A stretch of 64,000 nt of DNA from assembly GCA_002269645.1 (NCBI GenBank), contig NIVC01003142.1, positions 9,051 through 73,050 on the forward strand. The letters run 5' to 3'. Below the pieces are notes generated by a model that saw only the letters and a list, made by a program, of their open reading frames with translations, was not told where the DNA came from and searched no databases. Both the position numbers and the translations under genes were made by a program. Below, piece by piece: positions 49,179 through 62,754 of this stretch. This stretch comes from Macrostomum lignano. Taxonomy: Eukaryota. Each line of letters starts with the position of its first letter. The first letter of the stretch is position 1.

Positions 49179-50201
49179 TCGAGTTCAGTTGAGTTCGCCC
49201 AGAAGCCCTGAGTGATGGCGGCCGAAGTTGTGGCTGAATCGGAATATTACTGCTGGTTAAGCTTTTTAAAAGCGATTCTTCTAGGGACTTTATGAGTTCT
49301 CCGAAGCAGGTGCCTTTTTGGAAACTTGTGTCCAGCGGAGGGTGGTTCAGTCATTCGCATTGCAATATCCACTGCTCAAGCATTGGGCTTGCGGCTGCGA
49401 CATAGCAGCGCTACAGCTTGAGTGACCTCACTAAACTGGGTCTGCTGGAAACCCCAGTTTCAAGAATTTATCGAAGCCGCCAATGCATTGTAAACTTGAG
49501 TCGGCGACTAAAAACCATACTGAGCTTGTTCGGCGGATTTGTGTTCGATATTTGCTTGCTAGACTGGTTGGCGCCTCTGCTGGGGCAAAGGACAGCATTG
49601 TAAAACTTGGAGAGCCGTTTGATTGAAGTAAAAAAAACTGAAGACACGATTCAGCAATCGCCATTGGGATAAGACAGGGGAGGAGTAACTTCTATACAAT
49701 CGATTAACTCGTAATTCTAACCTCATGAGGCATTATAAATGAAAAACTTGGCTTTTCTTTGCCCTTCGATTTCTAGTGTTCTGATGATCAACCTGGCTTT
49801 TGGTTGAACGCTTCACTAGTGGCTGATTCCGGTGGTTAGGGCTGTGGAACATGCGAGGGGATAGACTGCGCTGATATTCCCCGTCTTCTTAAAACGGTTG
49901 TGTAGCCAGCTTGTGGCCTCAAATGCCCAGTGGCCATGTAAAACGGCTGTGACACAACAGCGCCGGTTAAGGCGCTTTAACTCCTCGCTAGCTACATCCT
50001 GAATAACAATGGCCTCTTTGTACGCTCGTAATTGTTGCAAAAGCTGTCTGCATATGTCTTCCACCCTGTAAATCCCCTTTATCTCGATAGCAGTTCAAAA
50101 GTGCAATTCTAAAACAGCATGATTTAGCTGGAGCTCAGCTTGATCCGAGTGCTTGCTTCACGTTGATGCAAGCAGCTTTAAGCAAAACAGAGTGCCTAAT
50201 G

Positions 50202-50556
50202 AGGGGGGCCGTAGCCCAGCGGTAGCGCAGCTGCTCTGGTGTGCCAGCGACCCAGGCTCGATTCCAAGTGCAGTCACATTAATTTGGGGCTGAATTGGAA
50301 TCTCGGCTTGGCTCTGCTCGTGCAATTAACGGCCTTGAGAGCCAACCCCCCAAGGCGCAGTGAAGTGTACATGCCTAACGATAATATAAAGTTAGCTGTA
50401 CACTCCTGTGTCAGTGTGTGCCTGCGTACGTATCCGCGCGCTTGTATGCCTGCTCAGGGGAGTCGGCGGAATAGGCAGTAATGCCTCTCGCCGGTTGTGT
50501 GCCAATGTCGCTTAAAGTGCGCCAGGGTGCACACAACCCCCCTGCCTCTAAAAAAA
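50202..50556 (+). mobile_element. Full-length tRNA-derived SINE, about 355 bp
   Basis: A box TAGCCCAGCGG, B box GGCTCGATTCC, A-tail, and 13-bp TSD AGAGTGCCTAATG at 50189-50201 and 50557-50569. Confidence 0.85.
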
Positions 50557-52024
50557 AGAGTGCCTAATGCTAATTTACGAATGCAATTCCGAAGTAGTGA
50601 GAATTGACGAAAGGCCATCCTTGTCAACACAAAGATAAATATAAGTACACTGTAATATAAGATCTTTATATGCGGATATCCCATTGTTAGTACAGCAAGT
50701 TTGCCAAATGGAAAATGTCAATCTATCTGCAAGCTTGTTCAGTTTAAATTAAGCCTTAAAAGAATCATTGAAGCAAATTTTAAAGAAAATATGGCACAGG
50801 AGAAAACTATAACAATTAGCTTGAGAGTATAGCGAGACGTCCGAGCAGATCGATTTGGCTCTTGAGTTTGCAGGGCTCGCCGCTTGTTCCTAACTTTCTG
50901 GACTAACTGAGGCATTTTTTCAGGCTGCAATGCATTTGCTTTTAGCTTTACAAGTTTTTTTTGCAGCCAAGCCCCCTGTGCGACTAAGGCGGTAAAACTG
51001 AATCATTGTTCCACAGCTTCTCCAACTGCTGACGGTTGAAGAATCGACCGATTATGATGCATTATGATGTATGATATCGCAGGCACTCTACTCAACCTCC
51101 TCTTTGAGTCTCTTCTTGTCTTAGCCCTGAATTTGTACAAAAGTGTGGCATTGGCGGTAGTAAAATTAGGATAGTCCCATTGCTGTAATAATTAATGGCG
51201 CTCTGTAAAGTCGTCTCATTATGTAGCTCTACTCGAAGTTAAATGGGGAATAGGGCAGTCTACGAGCTATGGTTGGCTCACATTACGAACCTGCTGCACA
51301 GTTATAGACTTTGTTAATTTAGCAATAATGAAAAATATCTCTCGATGTATGTCAGTTAGTTTATTTATTTACAGTTGGCTCCAGGGTAGGTGGCCCTGGA
51401 TTGCAGGGCTCAGGCCAAAGGCCTCGAAGATCGATCACATTGTCTAAGATGCCAAGTGTCAATTGGGAGTTTTTTGCTTTGGTTTTGGTTTGGGTTTTCG
51501 ATATCTGATAGCTGATAGTGACTGTACAAGGTCGAAAGCTACAAGTAGTTTATTCAAAAGTAATTTTTCCTTTCGCTGTTGTTTCCCCAACGGGGGGCGA
51601 AATTTGCTATAAGTATACGTATCTATAAAATTGAATCAACTGCCGGTCCTGCATACTTTAAAGTTGCTATGTGTTTTGCTTTAATGGCCATCAGACGTTG
51701 GTCCAGTGATGCGATACCATAGACTAAAAGAGCTGAAGTATCTTTAGTTTCAACAAAATCCTCTATAATAATTAATAGACATCCCTTTCATATCTTGCCA
51801 ACTCAGCTTTAACCGATCAACACCCATAGCCTTTTGGATTTAGTTGATCGAACTTTATTAGATCGAATCAGACAGTACAATCATTTTTTCATGTATAGGT
51901 AAAATTATATTGATAGATTTGCTACTATTTAGCAAAATACGCTCGTAATTATCGAATATTTATGTCTGGCTAGAAAACTATAGGTCGAAACTCCCCCAGC
52001 GAGGAGCTAATACTAATAGTTGCT

Positions 52025-54698
52025 ATGAAAACCAGTCGATTATCTAATACCGCAACCGGTGTCAGTCGGCTCAGTCTCAGCAGCACCGGTGGCACGGATG
52101 GCGGCACCACCGAAGGAGGCGGTGGCGACTTCGGCAATCAATGCGCAGACGGTAGCTACGCCGATGACAGCACTGACGAAGGCTCGACAAATATTGCTAA
52201 GGCGGAAGCGACTGGAACGGGGGCCGAGGGCGAGTCGGAACCCGCCATGCCGGAGGAAGTGTTTAAATGGATGGCGCACACCGTTAACCAGGACTTCATT
52301 AGACTGGGCTATCCCACCATCCTCACTAAATCTGCCGATCAAGAATACGTAAGTCTGTGCCCGCTAATCCGAAACTGTTCCTCGGTGCTGACGCTGCTGA
52401 AAGCTCGACGATGCAGCTCGGCTGATGCCTCCGCTACCGCCGCCTCGGCTGCTGCTGACTCGACAACGGCTACCTCAGCCGGAGGAGTAGCCGCTGCTTC
52501 AACGCTAAGCCGTCGAAAACGACGTCGATGGGGTCTGTTCTCCAGTGGCAAGCAGAACCGGAGAGCAACTCGACAGCCGCAGCAGGGAGGAGCGCACCAG
52601 CATCATCATCAGCAGCTTTATCACCAAAACCATCAGCAGCAGCAGCATGACCAGTCGCAATCTCTAAGCGAATCGATGACTACGGTAGACAGTCTTCACG
52701 AAAGCATGGCTAGGAAGATGCGCAGAGATACTGAACGAATTATTCGACGCACCCGATGCTTAGACGCGCGCGCTCTGCAGACGGCCGGGCTGCAGGAGCC
52801 GGCGCCCTACCCAGAGGGCAGCACGGCGCGCAGCGACTACGCCTTTGTCCGGTCCACTTGGCGTAGCTTTCGAAAACTGGCGCAACAGCGAATCGCGGAG
52901 AGCGCGGAACTGGCTAAGAGGGCCGAAGAGCTGCAACGGCAGGTGAGAAGTGAAGTTTAATAACTCCGTTTTTTGTCCTGCAGCCAACTGTTATGAATTG
53001 CTTAAAGCAACAAAAAAGTTTAAGCATCGACTTCAAGCTTCATTGAGATTTGCATTAAAACTACCCTAAAAATATTTTGCATTGATTTGCGTTGATTTCG
53101 GAAGTTTTGAAACTTTTAAATATGAATTGTCTGATTGTACCTGATTGACGTAGAAGTTGTTCAGTTGTACCATAAAATTATCCAACACAATGTACCAAAA
53201 AGTGTCTGACAATATGCCAATTGTCTGATACTTAAGCACCAATTAACTTTGTAAGCTTTGTAGGTCACCGACAAGTACATTTACGTCCTACATGTATTTC
53301 ATAGTGCACCATTATCAACTTTTGCATGCTTTTTCCAGGGTCTAACCATGCTCAATTATCCTCTTTTAAGAGAAGTGCACTGACCCTGGTCTCAAACGTT
53401 TTCAGCTCACCGATGCGAACATGGAGATTGAGCAACTTCGTACGTCGATCAATTCGTCCAACAACCAGCAGTCTCAGCAGCAGCCAGCTTCGACATCAAT
53501 AGCTTCAGCGCAAGAGGCAGCTGGAGGAGGCCGGCTTCAGCGAGTTGGCGGCTTCCTGCGACGTGCCGTATCGCGCGAACGCCTGACCTTCGGCCGGTCC
53601 GCATCTCGCCTGGATGCCTCAACGACGCCTAATCATCCTCAGCAGCTGCAACAGCAGCAGTGGCCGAGTCGTCCTCAGTCGGACACACGGAGTCGGGCAA
53701 GCTCCCAGCCTCCTCCATCGTCATCAATCGCTGTAGCAAATCACAGAGGAGTAGAAGACGACTCTGAGCTACATCGAATTCGAGCGGAATTTGACAGACG
53801 CGAACGCTTGCTTCTGGCCGAACGGGAGAGACTTCGACAAGCCAACAGCAAGCTGACATTTCGCATCCAGTATCTCAGCGGTGTGGCCTCGGCCGCTGCC
53901 AAGCAGCAGCAGCAGCATCAGCAGCAGCAACAGCAATCCAATCCAAGTTTCAAAACTGATCGTCGATTACGTCGAGCCGAGCGTCGAGTCTCCGAGCTGC
54001 AGCGGGAGACTTCCAGTCTGCGCAAGTCGTTGGGTGAGAAAACCGACGCACTCAAAAGTATCACGTCGGCCGCCGCGCAGCTGCAACGGCACAGCGATGA
54101 AACTGCCGACACTAAGCCTGATCATTTAGCGCCACCGGCTCCGCCGCCGGTGGATGAACCATCGAGGCTGGCCAAATTCGTTGAATCTATCTGCCATGTT
54201 GCCTGCACGCGTCTGCAACGGTTGCAGCGTCAGTGCACCGACGCGGAAGCTCGCGTCGCCGCTCTGACCGAATGCCTTCGTCCAGCCGCTGCAGCTCCGG
54301 CTGCGACGCCCAGCGTCGCATCCCCTGCGCCCAGCGCCGCAACAATTGCGTCTCCAAATGCGGTAACGCCGACAGCTACGGCAATGGATAGCGTCGTTGA
54401 TCAGCCAACGCTGGAGCAGACGCAGCTCGACTTGGTCAACCGAATCAAGAGCCAACTGGCGGCGTTGGGTTTCGATCGTCAGGAAGGGGTAGGGGACGGG
54501 TCCAGGGTAACTGGCAAAGCTGCTGGAGGCGGCGACATAGAGCGGTCGCATCGATCGGTTTTTTCCGAAGCTTTCAGACACCTGCAAGAACAACAGCAGC
54601 AGCAGCAGCAACAGCAGAAGCAGCAACAACAACAACAGAAGAGAATGCGTCGAGCTTCGCACGATCCGAGAGCTCAGAACAGCTTGCACTTCTATTAG
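52025..54698 (+). CDS. Uncharacterised Q/A/S-rich coiled-coil protein, about 736 aa, two exons
   Basis: Exon 52025-52942 (donor CAG|GTGAGA, phase 0) and exon 53406-54698 (acceptor TTCAG|CTC, phase 0, in frame). Long open frames with GC-rich codon usage and heptad-like segments. Confidence 0.78.
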
Positions 54699-55419
54699 TT
54701 TGAATAGCCAGACAGAAAGCAGTAAAAAGAGTAAAAAGTAAAACAATGAATTCAATTTAGCCAGCTGCAAAACAAACTTCCTTCATCCAATAGACCAACA
54801 AAACTGCCGTTTTACAATTTCGTTTAACATGTACTGCAACTGCAGATAGAAGACGAGGTTATTTTTGTCTAAAAAGCTGTAACGCATTCTGTTTCTGCCC
54901 CCACACATTTTCTTACCTTTATAGAATCTTACTTGTGTCGAAGTTGTACTGAACTGTAGTGTAGATACAATTTTATAGCTTACTCTTCTTAGTTTTACTG
55001 TAGGATGCAACTTAGCTGCTAAGCATCTATCACGAGTAATATAGGAGCGTATTTATTGTGAGTTTTAGGTTAAGATAGTTCTTAACATTTTAAATACAGC
55101 TTTAATACATGTACGTTTCATCGACAAACGTACATATTGAGCAAGCTTCTTTCAAAGTCTTCTTTCAAATTAAACTTCTTTAAAAAATCAGAGGATGTGA
55201 ATTTAAGAGTCAAAATGGTGCTGAAGCATCGGGTCCTGGTTTCTCTACTACTATCCCTTCATTTGGAGCAAAATGGCTCCGTTGTGCTGAAAACACAACC
55301 ACTTTAGTATTTGGGGATCTCTATGGGAAGAAATATGATAGATGAGGATTTCATGGGATGGGAAACCTTCCTGTGTTATTTTTAGTTTGGTATGCTTTAA
55401 TTGTGTTTTTTTCAGGACT

Positions 55420-56690
55420 CTCTAGTCGCGCTTGAGAAGGCTCACGCGTCGGTGAGTAGCCTGAGCACGGCCAAAAGGCCTGCCCGAAGTTTGATGGAAG
55501 AAGTGCATCGCCGTATTTGAATGGCAGGTCGACGGAGATGCAGCCATCGAAGTCACGGGTAATGGACGCGAGAAGGCGTCGAGTCAGCTCGTCGTCTTTT
55601 GGGGCCATGCTTTCCAGCGTCCTTCGCTATGCCGAGAACTTAAGCTGTCAGTCATGCGATCGAGAAGCCGCTCGAGGCGAAGGTTATCGTTGTTACTGTT
55701 GAGGACGAGGACCTGAGAGGCCTGCGAGGACCCGAGGAAGCTGTTGATGCTGCGGGCACCCGTGTCATTGATAGCACCGTTGAGGATGACTTCGAAGGGC
55801 GTTAGGTAGGCCGTCAGAGTCGGTTGAAGAGCGAGGGCAGGAACGGCAGGGCTGGTGAGTAACTGGTTCACGTCGCCACTGAGAATGAGGTCGAGGGTAC
55901 CGTCTGTATCGTGGATTGTGGTCAGGCGGAAGGTTTCAGACGCTGCTGTTAGGACATCATCAGGGAGTGGAAGGTACAGAGTTGGCTATCATAAGTGTCT
56001 TGGCGGCTTTGAGACCAAGCTTGTGGGCAACGGTGCCGTCGAGATGCGAGTGTGAGCAGCCTGAGTCGAGAAGAATTGTGCAGTCGATCGAGCGGCCCGG
56101 AAGGTAGCCATGCATGATGGTCGGCACGATCGGCCTCCGACGTCGGCTGCGGCAGAGACTTGGGAGTTGGCTGTCTCTTTGAAGTCGGCGTCACCACCTG
56201 AATTAACGTGGGCGTTTTGGCCTGTCTTAGGCAAGCTGGTGTGGGGAATTGCACGGTCAAGGCAGTCCCTGATGTGGTGTCGGCGAAGGCACTTGTGGCA
56301 AAGGTTCTTGTTCCGAAATATTTAGGCCAATGTTGGGGCATGATGGATATTAGCGGTGAGCTGGTGTATGAGCAGCATGGTTATGCTGCATCATCGCAGT
56401 CATGAGGTGAGGAGGGCGTTGAAGTCGATGACAGGTGCAGCAGGTGACGAGGCAGTGATCGGGGATGAGATGGAAGGATTCTTAGTCGGGGTGGCTGACG
56501 TTGCCGAAGACGGGCCGCTGGGTTCGACGTGCGGATACCCCGCGGCAGGTGCCGCTTAATTCAGCAGAGGAGCTGTGGTGTGGTCGTCCTGAAACTGATG
56601 TATCTGGTCGCCAGGTGGGTCAGTCGTTGATCGCGTGATGACCATGCTAAGCGCTCTGGACATCTTGTCATCATATGGTCACCCTCGCCA
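55420..56690 (-). mobile_element. Decayed BEL/Pao LTR-retrotransposon fragment (gag knuckle, protease, pre-RT region)
   Basis: LCHKCLRRHHIRDC knuckle near 56270-56310, DTGAR protease-like motif, and ITRDFDGCISVDLPFK...LPSNFGQA (BEL GRYxVxLPWK region). Frameshifted; no LTRs found. Confidence 0.65.
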
Positions 56691-58745
56691 TGTAAGCATT
56701 TGAAGCTCCAACTAAAGAGAGATTCAAATCACATTGGCGTAGAGAAACTGCAGGGACCCTGTGCTTCAGTCTCCATTCTGGAGCCTTTAGTTTACATGAT
56801 TAGCTAGCTCTCCATACATGTACGTATGCACTAATTGTATTGTCATATACAGTTACCCAAGGACCACTAGAAGTATCCGGTAACTCTGTCATAATGTACA
56901 TATGCATGCAACTCTTATTACAATTATGTTCTGCCATTTACTTGAATGCATTCCAAATTCCAAGATAGAGTTTTGATGTTTTCGTGAACAAGAAATCAAC
57001 TCCGTGCATGATTAACGCTCTTTTTGTCATCGCCACAAAACCAATTCCTGGCAAGCTATTCAAAAATTTCCTAAACTAATTAAGCCCGCAAAAGGAAGTA
57101 CACTATATGTATTGCCCGAGGAGGCGACATATGGAGCGTTCGCATCGCTCCACCTGCAACAATTTAGCGTCCGGCTTAATAATGACGAGCTTATTAGAAC
57201 GGAACCGGCTAATCGGCTAACCGACATCCCATGTTACTTATAGTAATGAACATCATCAACGGACAACCTATTTAGTAAAATATTTTAGCCACTTTCATAT
57301 TATTTTACAAAGTTACTTTGCTTCTAGTCACTTTGTAATACTTTATGACAAAATTGAATATGACGATCTGACCAGAAACCATACGAACAGCCACTATACA
57401 CTGTATAGTGTATATGAAGAAACGTTTTGTATAGTATAGTACTCGTAAATTGGTTGAATACGATTATATTTTCTTAGAAACTGCTCATCCAAACCGACAC
57501 ACACGTGCCGTTACGTGCGTATATATACATATGAGTGTAATGACTGCAATGATATCGATCAGCTAATCTTTTTTCCTTTCAGTTTCGTTTATGTAGTTTA
57601 TGGTTATAAAGTATATATGAATTAAGGACTAGAGTCTAGAAACTCCAATGAGAATTCAAAGTTTATTTTTTAATGTTTTCTATTCCATTCAGTAAATCTC
57701 ATTTACATTACTATTTACTCACATTTAGTATTTAGTAATAACTAGGCCTAAGTAAAAATAGGCCTACAGCTTACTTTTGAGAATTGATCAAGTAATAAAA
57801 AAGCTAAAAAACTTTTTGTATCTGAAATTTCCAACATTTTGATGATGCCTAGTCCCTTCGGCCTATTAGCCACTGCAATCATTTTTGCCCAAAAACTTTT
57901 TACAAAAGACAAAAGCCACAAAAGCTGCTGGTTTTACTATTATTTTTTTATAGATTTTTTGCTTAACTAATTTCTATGATCAAAATCATCATGATCTATG
58001 ATCAACTTTCTAGCTTTTTTTATCCCTTAGGCCCCTATCTATTGATAAAAATAGATCTAGAATAGGCCCCTAGCTAAAATGGCCAAAGCCTTTGTTGCAA
58101 AGTCTTAGGTCTAAAAAATGAATGAGGATAATATTTAAATGTCATTTTTGCTATAACTTATGCCTTTATAATTCTTTTTTCTTGTAATAGAAATAGATAT
58201 AATTTACTATATTGGAAGTTGTTTTCCAACTAGTGGGCAATAAAGCTAACTTGTTAAATAAATAAAAACAAAATATTTTTGTTGTTTTTTTCAAAATTTA
58301 AAGCAAATAAATTGGCCCATATCTAAAATAAAAGATTGGTTAAACTTTCAAAAAATAGTTTTATTATACTATACTGGTAGGGGTTCCAGTGAGGTTTTGA
58401 AACATTTTTTATTCTTGGATATTTTTGGGCAGCTAAGTAGATCTCTGCAACCAAAATCCAAAATGGCCTCACTTGTTAATTTCTGTCAAGGAATAAAAAA
58501 GTTATAGCATTTTTAGTTGTAGAAAATTTTGTAATTCCTTATGGCATTTTTGCATTACGGCCTGTGACCTTTTTTGCGCAAAAAGTACAATTATTATTAC
58601 TGGCTTTGTATTTTATAATTACTTTTTATATAAGAACTTAGGCCTACCATTTTTTAGGTGTAGGACTAAGACATTCACACACTAAGACTGCCACACTTGA
58701 GGAGCTAGAGGTGGAATTTGGCTTAATGCCATAGTGTGGATCATG

Positions 58746-59213
58746 CTAAGTGCACACGAGAAATGACCCAAAGCTAATTCCCAAAAGCACGCCAACGACA
58801 AGCAAATGCATGCCGATGCATGCCGATAAATTAAAATTCAAATTGAAGACAAAAAACGTATTTTAAATTGCATTGTGTAAAACAAAGCAACAAACGATGT
58901 ACAAAAGAAATGATATATCTTTAAAAACGTGTATTTCTCATACATTAATTTATTTAACAGTCTTATACACTGTTTATTTACAATAGTTTTTTTCAAAAGT
59001 TAAATACAATAATACATATTTTATGTCTGCTTACCATTGCATTGGCAGCTTTGCCACATCAGGTGCCAGGCATGCGGCACGCGGCGCATGCCAGGCACGC
59101 CAGTGTATTTATGTAACGTGCATTATGCACGCCAAATGCACACCACTTACCTAATCGCACGCCGGTGCACGCCACTTTTGAAAATGCACGCGGGAAAATT
59201 CTCGCGTGCACTA
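58746..59213. mobile_element. About 470-bp MITE with short TIRs (TAGTGCACRCGAGAA) and possible 4-bp TSD CATG
   Basis: CATG-CTAAGTGCACACGAGAA ... TTCTCGCGTGCACTA-CATG. Confidence 0.5.
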
Positions 59214-59749
59214 CATGATCTACACTATGGGCTTAATGTGTTATTGGATAATGCTAGAGAGGAGATGAATATGTAAGAAAGCTAGCAATATAAGCCTGCA
59301 AGAAAGGAACCTATGAGAGGAATAGCAATGCTAGAAGATTGGTAGCTCCCCTTCAATACCAGTAGCCAATAATAGCTGTAGCAGTCTTAGTCATACGCCA
59401 GTATTTTTATGTTCTAGGACTAACCTTTGCTCCTGTATTCTGTCACTAAATTAAATGATGGACCTAATTGTTCCTAATCAAGTTGCCATTGAATTGTCTA
59501 CTTTAAATAGTGTTGTTTGCCCTTATGCTATGATTCTTACCTAGAAATTTTTGATTCACACAATTTCTTAGAAATCTTATAATGGCATTTTAGTGCCCAA
59601 GTGGTAAGACACTATCTAATTCTCTAACTAAGTCCAAAAGTCTTGTGTTCTTCAAGGATCAAGGGTGTCTAGCAGTAGTTATCTAGCTCCCTAATGCCTA
59701 ATTCCTTAGCACCTAATGTCTATTATTAGCCTGCATAGCTTTCTTATAG

Positions 59750-59905
59750 TCTCCACGACCTCAAGTCAGTCTGGTCCCTTATTTTGGGTCTCCATGACCT
59801 CAAGTTTCCCTATTCCAGACTCCTATTCTGGGTCTCCATGACCTCAAGTTTCCCTATTCTAGACTCCCATTCTGGGTCTCCACAACCTCATGTTTCCCTA
59901 TTCCC
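59750..59905. repeat. About 42-bp tandem repeat, 3-4 copies
   Basis: Repeated GGGTCTCCATGACCTCAAGTTTCCCTATTC. Confidence 0.8.
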
Positions 59906-61054
59906 AATAAAGAATTAGCAAGACAAGTCTTAGTGGAAGTTTTATAGTTGAACTTCAATTTTACTAAGAGTTGCTTGCAAAAGTCAGAGAAAAATACAAG
60001 TTATTTATTTTTCAGTCCAGGCTGCTCCTTTTTATAGTGAATTACAAAGGGGAGGGGGTGAGCACTACATATTTAAACAAAATAACAACAAAATTTATAA
60101 CAAAGTAGGATTAAACAAATTGTCACAAGATTAAAACAAATAAGAGAAAAATTTCTGATTAGTTGAGATAAAATATGCATGGTTAACTACTACTAGTAAC
60201 ATAAATAGATTATTTATATAATCCCCACATCATTATGTTCTTTTTAGTTTATACTTGCATTTTTTACATAATTGCATTATAAAGTTATTAAGATATTAAT
60301 AATACATTTAGCCTATTAGGCAATATAATTAGCCTATTAGGCAATATAATAGGGGTCTAATTTTTGGCTAAAAATGTTAATGATAGTCTAAAATAAAAAA
60401 ATTTGTTCTTAAATTATTCTTCGATGTATCAATCAGAGTAAATATAATATAACCAAAACAGAATTGCCAAAACCTCAGCAACAATACCTGTAAAAATCAG
60501 AATCAGCCTTTAGGCGTAAAATACACAAGGTTTCTGCCATATCCAGAGTTTTACCTTTTGCCTTTGAAGTAATATATACTCAACCACATTAAAAGTTGCC
60601 ACTTTTGAGTGATGCAACTTATGTCATAGAACATAGAGTTGGGCTAAGTGAGAAGGGATTGCAAAGAGTAGAGGACAAAGATGGGAGATATTGAAGCTTC
60701 TACCCAGTTCATTGTTTTTTCAAGCATTTGGCCCCTCACTGAAGTCCTTAATTATAGATCTGGTGCCTTGTGGTGTATGCTATGTAGCAATGCAAATAAT
60801 TCTATCCATTAGATATTCCTCAATCTATCTGTGATTCTTTGATATGGACCTGACCTTATATCTTAAAGTGTGATCTCTTGTCACATTTGGTTTCTACTCA
60901 TTTTGTCATTTGCTGTTTCATCATCTAAGGGAAATGAAATGATCAATCATCCCACCTTGATGCGGGTCACTTTGTCATCTTAATTAATGTATGATTATGA
61001 ATAGCATTTTTCACTGTTTATAATTTTTTTATTTATAGTTTTTACACCAATCTA

Positions 61055-62455
61055 CCTTAGTGCGTTCAAAAAGTTCTTAGACACCCCTCATATCTCTGCA
61101 TCTGTTCGACCGATTTTGATGAGAATTTGTACAAACATGGGTCTATATTTGATGAATTCAGTGCTAGAGTTTCAGCTTGGTCGTATAGACAGAACGAAAG
61201 CAATCGATCATTTACTGACGAACCTACGAAATTAGCAATACGATTTTAAGCACATAACAAAACGTACAAGCTAAAGGCCAAACGGTTCAAGTTGGCAAGT
61301 TCCCAAACTTCAAAAATCAGATCACCAATCATGAAAATCTTCGAAGTAATCACCGTTCCGTTGAATGCACTTGTCATACCGCATCGGCAGCTCTTCGATC
61401 CATCCTAACCACGTGTCTCTAGGAGTCGCTCTGATGAGCCCCTCAACAGCCGTTTGCAGCTCGGGGAAGCTAGCGAACCTCTTGCCTCTCAGCTGCGCCT
61501 TGACGTGTCTAAAAAGGCCATAGTCAGACGGTGCCAAACATGGACTCATCTTGAGTTACAAATCTGCTTTTGAACTCGTCTCCCAGAGCTGAAATTGCCG
61601 CACTTTGTTGCAAGCAGTCTTCGTATCGGCGATTTTTCTGCTCGGCAGTTAGCAGTCTTGGCACCCATCGAGAGACCAGCTTTGACAGACCAAGATGCTC
61701 GTGCAGAATTTGGAAGACCGAAATCTCGGCGGCATTGGCCAACTCGTCAATAGTGATGTGGCCGTTTTCACTTACCAGCTCTTCGATCAGGATGGCACTG
61801 CTGTCGTTGACTGCAGTAGCTGGTCGGCCTGAGCGCGGCTTGTCCTGCACGCTCATTTCGCCGTCCTTTCTCTTCCGGACCCAGTTCGCGACGGTTGCTC
61901 GACAGCATGCATCATCTCCAAAACGGCTGACTAATCTCTGGTGGATAGTGTTCACGGACATGCCTTCGTCCGCAAAAGCAAAAACGATCAGGCGCTGCGA
62001 AACTTTATCGCCATATGCACTAGCCATTCTTAAACCGTCCGAGGTTGGTACTGCATCTCAGCATTTCAATCTGACGTTCGTTTTGCGCACTCAGTCTAAT
62101 GCTGCTACTGCTTCGTTCTATCTGTTTTTTGTCTATGTTAAAACCCTCGCAGCTTGAAAGTAATGATTAATCAATACTCAGCGAAAGCTTTTATTCCTCC
62201 AAAAACAAGCTGCGATTTCACAACCCCCCCATTTAGAGTGAGGTCCAGATCCGATGCTGTTTAAAAATCGTATTGCTAATTTCGTAGGTTCGTCAGTAAA
62301 TGATCGATTGCTTTCGTTCTGTCTATACGACCAAGCTGAAACTCTAGCACTGAATTCATCAAATATAGACCCATGTTTGTACAAATTCTCATCAAAATCG
62401 TCGAACAGATGCAGAGATATGAGGGGTGTCTAAGAACTTTTTGAACGCACTAAGG
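61055..62455 (-). mobile_element. Tc1/mariner transposon, internally deleted, with about 193-bp TIRs and TA TSD
   Basis: TIRs about 61055-61247 and 62263-62455, TA at 61053 and 62456, transposase N-terminus 62027-61524 (HTH, RSGRP, WVPRLL, TQDES) joined to the C-terminal SPxLAPSDY...GDYFE segment 61549-61322. Confidence 0.93.
61322..62027 (-). pseudogene. Mariner transposase lacking the central catalytic core
   Basis: The first catalytic motif (TQDES) directly abuts the third (SP.LAPSDY) in a different frame. Confidence 0.88.
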
Positions 62456-62754
62456 TAGTTGCACTACTTGTTAGTAGCAAGTTACTGTATGCTACTGCAA
62501 TTATAACAATATTATAGTTTGTTAATAATATATCGAAAGATAAAGTTGGCCTGAGATATTGCTTACTGTACAGGGTAGCCCTGTGTTATAGCTGGACAAT
62601 GTACTTAACTGGCTAAATTTAAATCCTTATCTTTCAGTCTACTACTGTATTTTCTAATATGCAATTCGTTTTAACTGGTCAAATGGATAACAAGCAGGCT
62701 ATTTGGTAAGTCAAATTTGATAGTATCACTTATTGTCACTGTGATGGTTACTTC

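Noticed and set aside
49816-50064. Possible Tc1-like HTH fragment (LHNRFKKTGNI) on the minus strand
   Set aside because: It is too short and degenerate, and no TIRs or DDE motifs were found.
50203-50275. tRNA gene
   Set aside because: It does not fold into a full cloverleaf, and it continues into a body, A-tail and TSD, so it is a SINE head.
56850-56885. BEL-type PBS (TGGTCCTT) on the minus strand upstream of the BEL/Pao relic
   Set aside because: Only an 8-nt match, with no adjacent TG...CA LTR identified.
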